From NCBI GenBank assembly GCA_043812955.1, contig JBDRLN010000061.1, positions 7,231 through 71,230 on the forward strand: a DNA stretch of 64,000 nt. Direction: 5' to 3'. Below the pieces are notes generated by a model. The model saw nothing but the letters and a program-made list of their open reading frames with translations. It ran no database searches and was not told the origin of the DNA. Shown here in pieces: positions 1 through 10,295 of the stretch; the stretch's first letter is position 1; the number at the start of each line of letters is the position of its first letter. Source of the stretch: Candidatus Omnitrophota bacterium. Its GTDB lineage: Bacteria; Omnitrophota; Gorgyraeia; Gygaellales; Profunditerraquicolaceae. A program made the position numbers and the translations under genes.

Positions 1-1630
<1,630 letters not shown>

Positions 1631-1669
1631 TCAATTTTCTCCCACATATATGTGGAAAATTGATTCCGA

Positions 1670-1686
1670 GTCCGCCAAAGGCGGAC
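1670..1686 (-). other. GC hairpin (GTCCGCC-aaa-GGCGGAC) in the groES-groEL intercistronic spacer.
   Basis: Perfect 7-bp inverted repeat with a 3-nt loop at 1670-1686, inside the 84-nt spacer. The palindrome cacatatatgtg is nearby at 1642-1653. Confidence 0.5.
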
Positions 1687-1702
1687 GAAGAACCTTTGCT
1701 TA

Positions 1703-1993
1703 TTATTTGATAATTGCTAAAATGTCTTCTTCGCGCATAATTAATAATTCTTCGCCTTCTTTGGTAGTGATCTCACTACCTGAATATTTACCATACAAAA
1801 CTTTATCTCCAACTTTTACTTCCAATACCTGCACCGCCCCGCTGTCTAATACCTTACCCTTGCCTACAGCTACTACTTCACCCTGCTGGGGTTTTTCTTT
1901 AGCTGTATCAGGTATAACTATCCCGCCCTTGGTTTTGGTTTCAGCTTCCAAAGGCTTTACTACTATCCTGTCACCTAATGGTTGCATCTTCAT
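1703..1993 (-). CDS. groS: Co-chaperonin GroES
   Basis: ORF-track protein [18 protein letters not shown]...; AGGAGG at 2001-2006 lies 7 nt upstream of the ATG at 1991-1993. The track's GTG at 1999 is too close to the SD. Confidence 0.9.
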   Translation of the reverse strand: MKMQPLGDRIVVKPLEAETKTKGGIVIPDTAKEKPQQGEVVAVGKGKVLDSGAVQVLEVKVGDKVLYGKYSGSEITTKEGEELLIMREEDILAIIK

Positions 1994-2024
1994 TCTCACA
2001 CCTCCTATTGAGTATTAGGTTTAA

Positions 2025-2051
2025 TTGGCACTCTTTACCGTAGAGTGCTAA
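2025..2051 (-). promoter_or_regulatory. CIRCE element (HrcA operator), TTGGCACTC-N9-GAGTGCTAA
   Basis: Near-perfect match to the CIRCE consensus TTAGCACTC-N9-GAGTGCTAA. It sits immediately downstream of the -10 box and upstream of groES. Confidence 0.85.
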
Positions 2052-2079
2052 TTATAAATAAATAATAAATTTTGTCAAG
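2051..2079 (-). promoter_or_regulatory. sigma70-type promoter of groESL (TTGACA-17-TATAAT)
   Basis: Minus-strand read: TTGACA (rc of 2074-2079), a 17-nt spacer, TATAAT (rc of 2051-2056), then CIRCE. Confidence 0.7.
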
Positions 2080-2103
2080 TACTTTTTTAAATCGCCAGGA
2101 ATA

Positions 2104-2157
2104 GGGTTAGAATTATTTTTTCTATTTTCTACTCTGGTAAAAAATAATTCTGACCCC
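2104..2157. repeat. Family-A long palindromic element, copy 1 (GGGTTAGAATTATTTTTT ... AAAAAATAATTCTGACCCC)
   Basis: 18/19-bp inverted arms around a 17-nt loop. It shares arms with copies at 4409-4463 and 6133-6186. It lies between the lpd stop and the groES promoter. Confidence 0.8.
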
Positions 2158-2160
2158 ATT

Positions 2161-3456
2161 TTAATCGACAATAGTTTCGGGTATTAATTCCGCTAACGTG
2201 GGATGAGGAAAGATCTTTCCCCGTAGCTGGTTAAGGGTCAGTCCGCTATCTATTGCCATCACCAGGATACTAATCAATTCAGTTGCCCGCGGCCCGATGA
2301 TTGACCCGCCTAAAATCCTATTAGACATTTTATCTGATATTAACTTAACAAAACCATCTGTTTCGGCCATTATCCTGGCCATACCTGAACTTAAAAAATC
2401 ACGCTTATAAACTTGTACATCAAATCCTGCTTTCTGCGCCTGATCCTCGCTTAATCCAACGCTGCCTATTTCCGGGTCAGTAAAAACGCAACTTGGGATA
2501 TTATTACTGTCAGCTTTTTTTAAATCCTGGGTAGAGGCAAGATTAACAGCTATACATTTTCCTTGATATGCGGCATAATGGGCCAGCATTACCCCCGCGA
2601 TGCAGTCTCCGGCAGCGTATATATTAGGTATATTGGTTTTCAGGTATTGATCTACTACGATCCTCCCCTTTTCCACAGCGACCCCCGCCTTTTCCAGGCC
2701 TAAGCCTTCGACCCGGGGAATTCTACCCACGCACACCAGGGCCAGATCGTACTTTTGAATATCTGCCATAGAAGCATTAACCGAGGTCTTTATATCCACT
2801 CCCTTCTTCTCAAGACAATTCTTAATTTTATTGGAAACATCTAAATCATATCCGGGAAGGATCTGAGACGTCAATTCCAACATTGCCACCCTTACCCCTA
2901 AGCCGGAAAATAAACTCGCGAACTCGCACCCAATAACGCCTGCGCCAATAATTAAAATTGATCTGGGTAATTCCTTTAAATTTAAAACCTCATTGCTGGA
3001 AACTATTTTTTTATTATCGAATTTTAAACCGCTTAATTCCTGCGGCTCTGAGCCTGAGGCAATAAGAATACGCTTGGCCTGGATCTTATCGCCATTGACC
3101 TTTAGGGTATCCGCAGAAATAAATTCAGCTGAGGCATTAATGATATTTATCCCCTTAAGCATAAATTCCAGTCCCTGGCGCAACTGTTGGATTATTTTTT
3201 CTTTACGGGATTGGATATCGGCAAAGTTAATAGATAAGGTCCCATTATTTTCAATGCCAAAGGTGCGGGATTTCTGAAGCAGGACATATGTTTTCGCGGA
3301 CTGAATCAGTGATTTTGTGGGTATGCAGCCTTGGTTAAGACAAGTGCCTCCGAGCACAGATTTCTCGATGATAACCGGTTCTAAACCAAGTTCCCTGGCT
3401 TTTAACGCGGCATTGAGCCCGGCCCAACCAGAGCCGATTATAGCTAAATCATACAT
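2161..3456 (-). CDS. lpd: Dihydrolipoyl dehydrogenase-like E3 (pyridine nucleotide-disulfide oxidoreductase)
   Basis: 431 aa. N-terminal FAD fold IIGSGWAG, redox-active GGTCLNQGCIPTK, NAD fold IIGAGVIGCEF, C-terminal HPTLAE dimerisation motif. Confidence 0.8.
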   Translation of the reverse strand: MYDLAIIGSGWAGLNAALKARELGLEPVIIEKSVLGGTCLNQGCIPTKSLIQSAKTYVLLQKSRTFGIENNGTLSINFADIQSRKEKIIQQLRQGLEFMLKGINIINASAEFISADTLKVNGDKIQAKRILIASGSEPQELSGLKFDNKKIVSSNEVLNLKELPRSILIIGAGVIGCEFASLFSGLGVRVAMLELTSQILPGYDLDVSNKIKNCLEKKGVDIKTSVNASMADIQKYDLALVCVGRIPRVEGLGLEKAGVAVEKGRIVVDQYLKTNIPNIYAAGDCIAGVMLAHYAAYQGKCIAVNLASTQDLKKADSNNIPSCVFTDPEIGSVGLSEDQAQKAGFDVQVYKRDFLSSGMARIMAETDGFVKLISDKMSNRILGGSIIGPRATELISILVMAIDSGLTLNQLRGKIFPHPTLAELIPETIVD

Positions 3457-3457
3457 A

Positions 3458-4381
3458 TTACTGAATATTTACTTGAGCTATCAGCTGACGGATAGATTCT
3501 GCGGATTCCTGAAATTTGTTTTTTTCTTCCGGGCTTAAACTTAATACCACTATATCTTCTATGCCTTTTTTACCGATAACACAAGGGACTCCGATAGTAA
3601 TATCTTTGCAGCCATATTCTCCGTTTAGATAGGCGCAAACACCTCGGGTGCGTTTTTCATTTGCAATAATCCCCTCTATCAGTTCGACAATTGCCGCTGA
3701 AGGGGCAAAAAAAGCGCTTCCGCTTCCCAATAAAGATATGATCTCTAAACCCCTGCTTTTTGTTTTATTTACCAGATCTTCCATGGTTTTTTCGTCGACA
3801 ATCTCGGAAATCGGTTTTCCCTTAATATAGCTAAACCTGGGCAATGGTATCATCGCTTCGCCATGGCTGCCAATAACCATACTTTCGACATCTTTGGCCG
3901 GAACCTTTAATTCTTTACTGATTATATTATTAAACCTGGCAGCGTCAAGACTTGAACCCATGCCCAAGACTTTGCTGGGATTAAAACCAGTGGTTTTTAA
4001 TGCCAGGTAGGTCATCACATCTAAAGGATTAGTAACTACAATTAAAATCGCTTTAGGAGAGAGTGTTTTTATATTAATGCATACTTCTTTGATTATTTGG
4101 GCATTTTTACTGATTAAATCTTCGCGGGTCATTCCTGGCTTACGGGTGAGGCCGGCTGTTATCACCACTATATCCGAATCCCGGATCTGATTAATATCCT
4201 CGCTCCCGGCTATTTTGTAATCGGATTTGCTCAACGATTTGGAGTCTTCTAAGTCATACGCCTTGCCGCAGGCCAGACCCTTGGCAACATCAACTAGGAG
4301 AACTTCTCCTAAGCCTTTTTGGACGATGCGCAGGGCCGTAAGGCTTCCTACATTACCAGCGCCTATTATTGATATCTTCAT
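3458..4381 (-). CDS. mdh: Malate/lactate dehydrogenase family (likely malate dehydrogenase)
   Basis: 307 aa. MKISIIGAGNVGS Rossmann start. LDH/MDH family layout, and the gene sits with other TCA-type genes. Confidence 0.75.
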   Translation of the reverse strand: MKISIIGAGNVGSLTALRIVQKGLGEVLLVDVAKGLACGKAYDLEDSKSLSKSDYKIAGSEDINQIRDSDIVVITAGLTRKPGMTREDLISKNAQIIKEVCINIKTLSPKAILIVVTNPLDVMTYLALKTTGFNPSKVLGMGSSLDAARFNNIISKELKVPAKDVESMVIGSHGEAMIPLPRFSYIKGKPISEIVDEKTMEDLVNKTKSRGLEIISLLGSGSAFFAPSAAIVELIEGIIANEKRTRGVCAYLNGEYGCKDITIGVPCVIGKKGIEDIVVLSLSPEEKNKFQESAESIRQLIAQVNIQ

Positions 4382-4408
4382 AATTCTCTACCTATACCTG
4401 TAAGATAT

Positions 4409-4463
4409 GGGGTCAGAATTATTTTTTACTTACATTTAGAATAAAAAAAATAATTCTGACCCC
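4409..4463. repeat. Family-A palindromic element, copy 2 (perfect 19-bp arms)
   Basis: GGGGTCAGAATTATTTTTT (4409-4427), a 17-nt loop, AAAAAATAATTCTGACCCC (4445-4463). It lies between the icd-like stop and the mdh start. Confidence 0.85.
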
Positions 4464-4470
4464 ATTATTT

Positions 4471-5553
4471 TTATTTAAGTTTCTTGATGATGGCGTCAGC
4501 CATTTCTTTTGTTCCTACTGCAGCAGGGTCTTTCGGAGATGGCCTTAAATCATAGGTTACGGATTTACCTTCAAACAATACTTCCTTAACCGCTGTTTCC
4601 AATCTATCTGCTGCCTTATCTTCTTTGATGTATCTTAACATTAAAACTCCGGAAAGAATCATAGCGGTAGGATTAACCTTATTCAAACCTTTATATTTAG
4701 GCGCTGAACCGTGGACCGGCTCAAACACTGCTATTTCCTGGCCGATATTCGCTCCCGGGGCAACCCCTAAACCTCCAACTAACCCAGCGCAAAGATCAGA
4801 TAGAATATCACCGTAAAGATTAGGCAAAACCAACAGATCGAAATTTAAAGGTTTTTGAACCAACTGCATAGCCATATTATCGACCAGCGCTTCCTCAAAG
4901 GCTATCCTGCCCTGATAGGAAACAGCTACTTCCCGAACAGTCTTTAAGAATAGTCCGTCGGTAAATTTCATTATATTGGCCTTAGTTACACAGGTTACTT
5001 TTTTACGCTTATTCTTCAGGGCATATTCAAAAGCAAACCTGGCTATTCTGTCGCTGGCAAACCTGGATATCGGTTTAATCGAGATTCCGGAATCAGGACT
5101 GATCTTTTTCTGGGAATAATCTTCTATCTGTTTGATGATTTTACGGGTATAGGGCTCGCCTTCCTCAAATTCAATCCCCGCGTAAAGGTCTTCGCTATTC
5201 TCCCTGATTATTACCAGGTCAACATCCTTATAGAATGACTTAACCCCGGGATAGTATTTCGCCGGACGCACACAAGCATATAAATCTAGCACCTGGCGCA
5301 AGGCCACATTTACCGAACGAAAACCGCCGGCGATAGGAGTAGTAATCGGCCCCTTAATGCAAATTTTATTCTTCTTTATTGACGCGATTGTTTCTTCAGG
5401 TAAAAGACAACCATGCTTTTCTTGTGCAACTTCTCCGGCATATCTTACTTCCCATTCGATTTTTACGCCCGTAGCCTCAATACAGCGCCGGGAGGCCTCG
5501 GTTATTTCCGGACCTGTTCCATCACCAGGTATTATTGTTATTTTATATGCCAT
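4471..5553 (-). CDS. Beta-decarboxylating dehydrogenase; best resembles NAD-dependent isocitrate dehydrogenase (homoisocitrate / isopropylmalate DH family)
   Basis: 360 aa. Motifs [41 protein letters not shown] and HGSAP, as in IDH3-type IDH/LeuB. Confidence 0.7.
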   Translation of the reverse strand: MAYKITIIPGDGTGPEITEASRRCIEATGVKIEWEVRYAGEVAQEKHGCLLPEETIASIKKNKICIKGPITTPIAGGFRSVNVALRQVLDLYACVRPAKYYPGVKSFYKDVDLVIIRENSEDLYAGIEFEEGEPYTRKIIKQIEDYSQKKISPDSGISIKPISRFASDRIARFAFEYALKNKRKKVTCVTKANIMKFTDGLFLKTVREVAVSYQGRIAFEEALVDNMAMQLVQKPLNFDLLVLPNLYGDILSDLCAGLVGGLGVAPGANIGQEIAVFEPVHGSAPKYKGLNKVNPTAMILSGVLMLRYIKEDKAADRLETAVKEVLFEGKSVTYDLRPSPKDPAAVGTKEMADAIIKKLK

Positions 5554-5566
5554 CTTTAACCTGCTC

Positions 5567-5597
5567 CACCCCGTAGGTGTATTACACCTACGGGGTG
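5567..5597. repeat. Family-B hairpin, copy 1 (CACCCCGTAGGTGT-att-ACACCTACGGGGTG)
   Basis: Perfect 14-bp stem with a 3-nt loop, 14 nt upstream of the icd-like ATG. A twin lies at 18387-18417. Confidence 0.85.
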
Positions 5598-5619
5598 TAA
5601 ATTAGACTTCTAAATATAC

Positions 5620-6123
5620 TTATACTTTAGGCAGATTTCCATGCCTCTTGATGTATTTCACAATGCCGCCTTCTTTTAATAATTCTTGCATAAATCCCGG
5701 CAACGGTTTAATCTCCAGATAGATATTTTTGGTAGTATTCCAGACTTTTCCGGCATCCAGGTCTAATTCAATAATATCCCCTGGGCTTATCTTGTCGGTA
5801 TCAGTCTCCACTAAAAGCAGGCCTATGTTAAAACTGTTCCGGAAGAATATCCGGGCAAATGATTTTGCCAATATCGCGATAATTCCCGACTCTTTTATAA
5901 CTAAAGGCGCCTGCTCGCGACTTGAACCCATTCCGAAATTATTTCCCGCTACCAGTATAGACTGGCCGGGAATTATCTTTTTTGGAAAATCCGGGTCAAT
6001 ATCCTCCATTATATGTTTGGCTAATTCTTTTAGGTCGGTAATAGAGAATTTATACCTTCCCGAGATAATAACATCAGTATTAATATTGTCGCCTATTTTA
6101 ATTGTCTTGCCTTTGATAATCAT
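5620..6123 (-). CDS. leuD: 3-isopropylmalate dehydratase small subunit (LeuD / aconitase-family swivel domain, short archaeal type)
   Basis: 167 aa, MIIKGKTIKIGDNINTDVIISGRY..., typical LeuD type 2. Confidence 0.8.
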   Translation of the reverse strand: MIIKGKTIKIGDNINTDVIISGRYKFSITDLKELAKHIMEDIDPDFPKKIIPGQSILVAGNNFGMGSSREQAPLVIKESGIIAILAKSFARIFFRNSFNIGLLLVETDTDKISPGDIIELDLDAGKVWNTTKNIYLEIKPLPGFMQELLKEGGIVKYIKRHGNLPKV

Positions 6124-6132
6124 AACTTTATT

Positions 6133-6186
6133 GGGGTCAGAATTATTTCTTCTTTATTATACTTAGAAAAAAATAATTCTGACCCC
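6133..6186. repeat. Family-A palindromic element, copy 3
   Basis: GGGGTCAGAATTATTTCTTC ... GAAAAAAATAATTCTGACCCC, with one mismatch. It lies between the pilT stop and the leuD start. Confidence 0.8.
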
Positions 6187-6193
6187 AATTCCC

Positions 6194-7240
6194 TTATAGT
6201 TGCCTAAACTCTTCAATATTCTTGGCCTTGGACATAGCCATTTCCAAAGTAATAATTCCGCTCTGGTACATCTCTTTTAAACATTTATCCATTGTCCTCA
6301 TCCCGTATTGGCTCCCAGTCTGCATCAAAGTAGGGATTTGCTCGATCTTTTGCTCACGGATAAGGTTTCTTATGCCTGAGGTGGCAATCATTATCTCAGT
6401 GGCTAAAACCCTCCCCCTTCCTGAGGCTTGCGGAAGTAGCAATTGAGAAATTACACCCTGCAAACAATCGGATAACTGTAATTTAACCTGAGCCTGCTGG
6501 TGCGGCGGAAATACATCTATTATCCTTTCTATAGTCTGCGGCGCGTCAGGCGTATGCAAAGTTGCTAAAACAAGATGTCCGGTCTCCGCGGCTGTAAGAG
6601 TAGTGGCGATAGTCTCAAGGTCGCGCATTTCTCCTACTACTATAACATTAGGATCCTGCCGCAACGCATGACGCAAGGAATCAGCAAAAGAGCGGGTATC
6701 AGCATAAATCTCTCTCTGTTTAATAACGGCCTTCTTATTCGAATGAATAAATTCAATCGGATCTTCAATACACATTATTAAGCATTCCCTCTCTTTATTA
6801 ATAAGATCGATCATTGCTGCTAAAGTAGTAGTCTTGCCTACTCCGGTAGGCCCGGTTACTAAAACCAGGCCATTAGGCTTACGGGCTAATTCAATAGCTA
6901 TAGGAGGCAAGCCTACATCTGCCATGATCGGAATTTTAATGGGGATTCGCCTAAAAGCAGCCTCTACTGAATTTTTCTGCATATGTACATTTACCCTGAA
7001 CCTGTCTAAACCCGGTAAGGCCAGAGAAAAATCCAGCTCCAGGTCCCGTTCAAATACTTCTTTCTGGACGTCACTTAAAACACTATAAATTACTTTCTTA
7101 AGGATCTCCTTGTTAAAAACCGGCAGGATTGTCCTTTGCAGTTTTCCGTCAATACGTAATATTGGCGGCTCATTATCGGTGAAATGCAAGTCAGAAGCTT
7201 GTTTTTCTATACATAATTCCAGCAAATCCCGTATTTCCAT
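6194..7240 (-). CDS. pilT: Type IV pilus retraction ATPase PilT/PilU family
   Basis: 348 aa. MEIRDLLELCIEKQASDLHF start, Walker A GPTGVGKTTT, PilT-like C-terminal region. Confidence 0.85.
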   Translation of the reverse strand: MEIRDLLELCIEKQASDLHFTDNEPPILRIDGKLQRTILPVFNKEILKKVIYSVLSDVQKEVFERDLELDFSLALPGLDRFRVNVHMQKNSVEAAFRRIPIKIPIMADVGLPPIAIELARKPNGLVLVTGPTGVGKTTTLAAMIDLINKERECLIMCIEDPIEFIHSNKKAVIKQREIYADTRSFADSLRHALRQDPNVIVVGEMRDLETIATTLTAAETGHLVLATLHTPDAPQTIERIIDVFPPHQQAQVKLQLSDCLQGVISQLLLPQASGRGRVLATEIMIATSGIRNLIREQKIEQIPTLMQTGSQYGMRTMDKCLKEMYQSGIITLEMAMSKAKNIEEFRQL

Positions 7241-7252
7241 TTTTTATCCTCC

Positions 7253-8509
7253 CTATTTAAGATACTTTCGGGGATCAGCTATTCTGCCTTCAATAGCTGA
7301 CGAGGCAACAGTTGCCGGAGAAGCCAGGTAGATATAAGCGTTTGGGTTACCCATTCTTCCCTTAAAATTACGATTAGCGGTAGATATGACTACTTCTGCG
7401 TCTGCCGGCACGCCGTTATGAGTCCCTACACATGGCCCGCAACCCGGGGCAACTACTACTGCTCCGGATTTAACCAATATATCTATAATCCCGGTTTTTA
7501 AGGCTTCCAGGAATATACTCCTGGAAGCCGGAGCGACAATAAATTTAACCCTGGAAGAGACTTTTCGGGATTTTAATATTAAGGCGGCAATTTTTAAATC
7601 AGCCAGCCGGCCATTAGTGCAAGTTCCCAAGAATGCCTCATTTATCTGTATATTTTTTAATTTGTCTACATCCGCAGTTGTATCTACGTTGTGGGGTATA
7701 CAGACTTGGGGTTTAAGTTTAGAGATATCCAACTCTATTGTATGACAATATTCAGCGTCCCGATCAGGAGTAATTATACTGATCGTTTTTTTATTTTTCA
7801 AACGCGGCCTTAACCAGGCAATAGTTTTTTTATCCTGGGGCATAAAACCCGCCTTAGCCCCCATCTCAACCACCATATTACAGAATGTAAAACGGCCATC
7901 AATATCTAATTTAGCGATAACCGGGCCAGAGAATTCCACAGCCTTGTAAGTAGCCCCATTAGCCCCTATTTTGGCGATAATATGAAGAATGATATCCTTA
8001 GCAAAGATACCCCTGGGTATTTTACCTTTAACGATAATTTTTATGGTCTGGGGCACTTTAAACCAATTTTTTCCGGTTGCTAAAGCTACGGCCAAATCCG
8101 TAGACCCTACCCCGGTTGAAAAAACACCTAACGCTCCGTAAGTACAGGTATGCGAATCCGCTCCCAGAACTAAGTCGCCGGGCAATATATTACCGGATTC
8201 AGGTATTACCTGATGGCATACTCCGCAGCCTACATCATAAAGATCGGACTTAAAATCAACAGCAAAAGCGCGCATCTTCTTATGCACCCTGGATACGCCC
8301 GCGTTAGGAGAAGGGGCGCTATGATCAATAACCATACAAAACCTTACTTTTAATTTATTTATTCCCAGTTCTTTTACCCGGTCAATTATGATTGAAGTTG
8401 TGCCATCCTGGCCAAAGGTAAAATCAACTTTGCATACGGCAAAATCCCCCGCCTTTAAATCCCGGCCGGAATGCTTACTTAATATTTTTTCGGCAATGGT
8501 TTTTCCCAT
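7253..8509 (-). CDS. leuC: 3-isopropylmalate dehydratase large subunit (LeuC / homoaconitase-type aconitase family)
   Basis: 418 aa, MGKTIAEKILSKHSG... Fe-S ligand cysteines in CGPCVGTHNG-type motifs. Confidence 0.8.
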   Translation of the reverse strand: MGKTIAEKILSKHSGRDLKAGDFAVCKVDFTFGQDGTTSIIIDRVKELGINKLKVRFCMVIDHSAPSPNAGVSRVHKKMRAFAVDFKSDLYDVGCGVCHQVIPESGNILPGDLVLGADSHTCTYGALGVFSTGVGSTDLAVALATGKNWFKVPQTIKIIVKGKIPRGIFAKDIILHIIAKIGANGATYKAVEFSGPVIAKLDIDGRFTFCNMVVEMGAKAGFMPQDKKTIAWLRPRLKNKKTISIITPDRDAEYCHTIELDISKLKPQVCIPHNVDTTADVDKLKNIQINEAFLGTCTNGRLADLKIAALILKSRKVSSRVKFIVAPASRSIFLEALKTGIIDILVKSGAVVVAPGCGPCVGTHNGVPADAEVVISTANRNFKGRMGNPNAYIYLASPATVASSAIEGRIADPRKYLK

Positions 8510-9684
8510 TATAGACTATTCACCCACTTTTCAATCCGGTTCAGGCCTTCCTCAATCTCTTTGAGTGAGGCGGCAAAACTCAGACGGACATAATCGTTCC
8601 TGCCGAATGAATCACCGGGGATAACAGCTACCAGCATTTCATCCAATAAACGCGCCGAGAAAGTAACCGAATCCAATCCAGTCTTAGAAATATCGCAAAA
8701 GACATAAAACGCACCCGTTGGCTTACAATAACCTATCTTTTTAATTTTGTCCAGCCTGTTGGATAGGTAATCCCTTTTTTTAAGAAACTCTAATCTCATA
8801 GCCTCAGAGAATTCAGCATTCATATTTAAAGCCGCTATTGCCGCTTTTTGAGATATTGAAACAGGACAAGATGTTGAGTGGTCTTGAAATCTGGATACAG
8901 CTTCCACAATATCAGCCGGGCCAGCCAAGTATCCGATACGCCATCCGGTCATAGAATAGCTTTTGGATAATCCGTTAACAGTAATAGTATAATCGTAGAT
9001 ATCTTTTCCCAGCGAGGCTATGGATGTATGTTTTAAATTATCGAAGATGATTTTTTCGTATATCTCATCGCTAATTACAAATATTTTTCTCTCAACGCAG
9101 ATCCGGGCGATCTCTTTAAGCTCATCCTTGGTATATACGCAACCCGCAGGATTAGAAGGTGAGTTTAAAATTAAACATTTGGTTTTGGAACTGATGTGTT
9201 TTTCCAGGTCTTCTAATTTAATCTTAAAATTATTAACCGGGCTGGTATTGATAAACCGCGGGATGCCTCCACAGAGATTAACCATCTGCGGATAGCTGAC
9301 CCAATAAGGGGAAGGGATCAAAACCTCATCCCCGCGGTCAATCATAACAAATAGGCTGTTAAAAATGCTGTGTTTTGCCCCACAGGAGACAACCACCTGA
9401 TTAGGAAAATACTCTAATAAATTATCTTTTTTGAATTTTTCGCAGATTAATTTCTTTAATTCCGGGATTCCGGTGGTAGGCGTATATTTAGTAAAGCCCG
9501 AACGGATAGCCAAAATAGCTTCTTCTTTAATGGGCTCCGGAGTATCAAAATCCGGTTCGCCCGCGGCCAATGTAACTACATCCCTACCTTCACCCTTGAG
9601 CTTTTTGGCTTTAGAGGTGATGGCCAGGGTAGAAGAAGGTTTTACTTTTGATAAGCGTTCAGATAACCGGCTGTCAATACGCAT
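8509..9684 (-). CDS. Class I/II pyridoxal-phosphate aminotransferase (aspartate aminotransferase-like)
   Basis: 391 aa. LAAGEPDFDTP start region and the SKSYSMTGWRIGY PLP-lysine motif. Confidence 0.75.
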   Translation of the reverse strand: MRIDSRLSERLSKVKPSSTLAITSKAKKLKGEGRDVVTLAAGEPDFDTPEPIKEEAILAIRSGFTKYTPTTGIPELKKLICEKFKKDNLLEYFPNQVVVSCGAKHSIFNSLFVMIDRGDEVLIPSPYWVSYPQMVNLCGGIPRFINTSPVNNFKIKLEDLEKHISSKTKCLILNSPSNPAGCVYTKDELKEIARICVERKIFVISDEIYEKIIFDNLKHTSIASLGKDIYDYTITVNGLSKSYSMTGWRIGYLAGPADIVEAVSRFQDHSTSCPVSISQKAAIAALNMNAEFSEAMRLEFLKKRDYLSNRLDKIKKIGYCKPTGAFYVFCDISKTGLDSVTFSARLLDEMLVAVIPGDSFGRNDYVRLSFAASLKEIEEGLNRIEKWVNSL

Positions 9685-9689
9685 CGGTA

Positions 9690-10274
9690 TTAAAGAGAGT
9701 CGCTCTTTTTCTTAAAAATATTCTTAATACCGCTGAAGAATTTCTTGGCAGGTTTTTTGGTAACAGGAGGCCTCTCCTTAACCGCCGTTTCAGCCTTGGA
9801 TTTTTCATCAACCAACTTTTCCGGCATAGATTCGGTCTTTTCCGTAATTTCGCCAGATATTGACGTCTTCGGTTTGGCTTCTTTCACTTTATTCTTCTTG
9901 ACTTTTTTGGCCTTTTCTTTTACCTCAGTCAATTCTAAAATAGCCATCTGGGCGTCATCGCCCCGCCTTTTTCCCAGTAAAAGCAGGCGGGTATACCCGC
10001 CCTGCCTCTGATTAAAACGCGGCGCTATATCATTAAAAAGGATACTGACTAATTTATGGTCGCCTAATAATTTAAAGGCCTGCCTTTTTTTAGCCAGGGT
10101 ATTCTTTTTACCCATGGTTATAAGTTTATCTATTTGAGATCTGGCTGCTTTAGCCCTGGCTAAAGTAGTCGAGATCCGCTGATAGATAAACAGGCTCCTG
10201 ACCAGGCTTAAGATAGTTGCCTTACGCCAGCTGGTAAACCGGTTTAGCTGATTTTTTGCTTTATTATGTCTCAT
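9690..10274 (-). CDS. rplQ: Ribosomal protein L17 with ~70-aa Lys-rich C-terminal extension
   Basis: The conserved L17 core ends at ...LLLLGKRRGDD. The remaining ~70 residues (EVKEKAKKVKKNKVKEAKPK...) are lysine-rich. Confidence 0.85.
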   Translation of the reverse strand: MRHNKAKNQLNRFTSWRKATILSLVRSLFIYQRISTTLARAKAARSQIDKLITMGKKNTLAKKRQAFKLLGDHKLVSILFNDIAPRFNQRQGGYTRLLLLGKRRGDDAQMAILELTEVKEKAKKVKKNKVKEAKPKTSISGEITEKTESMPEKLVDEKSKAETAVKERPPVTKKPAKKFFSGIKNIFKKKSDSL

Positions 10275-10295
10275 TGTTGCATCCTTATCTTGGTA

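Noticed and set aside
1650-2018. Plus-strand 122-aa ORF overlapping groES.
   Set aside because: It is antisense to groES and runs through the CIRCE/promoter region. It is not credible as a gene.
2104-6186. Family-A palindromes as Rho-independent terminators for the sense (minus-strand) transcripts.
   Set aside because: No U-tract follows the stem on the minus strand. T-runs are only on the antisense side, so sense termination is not supported.
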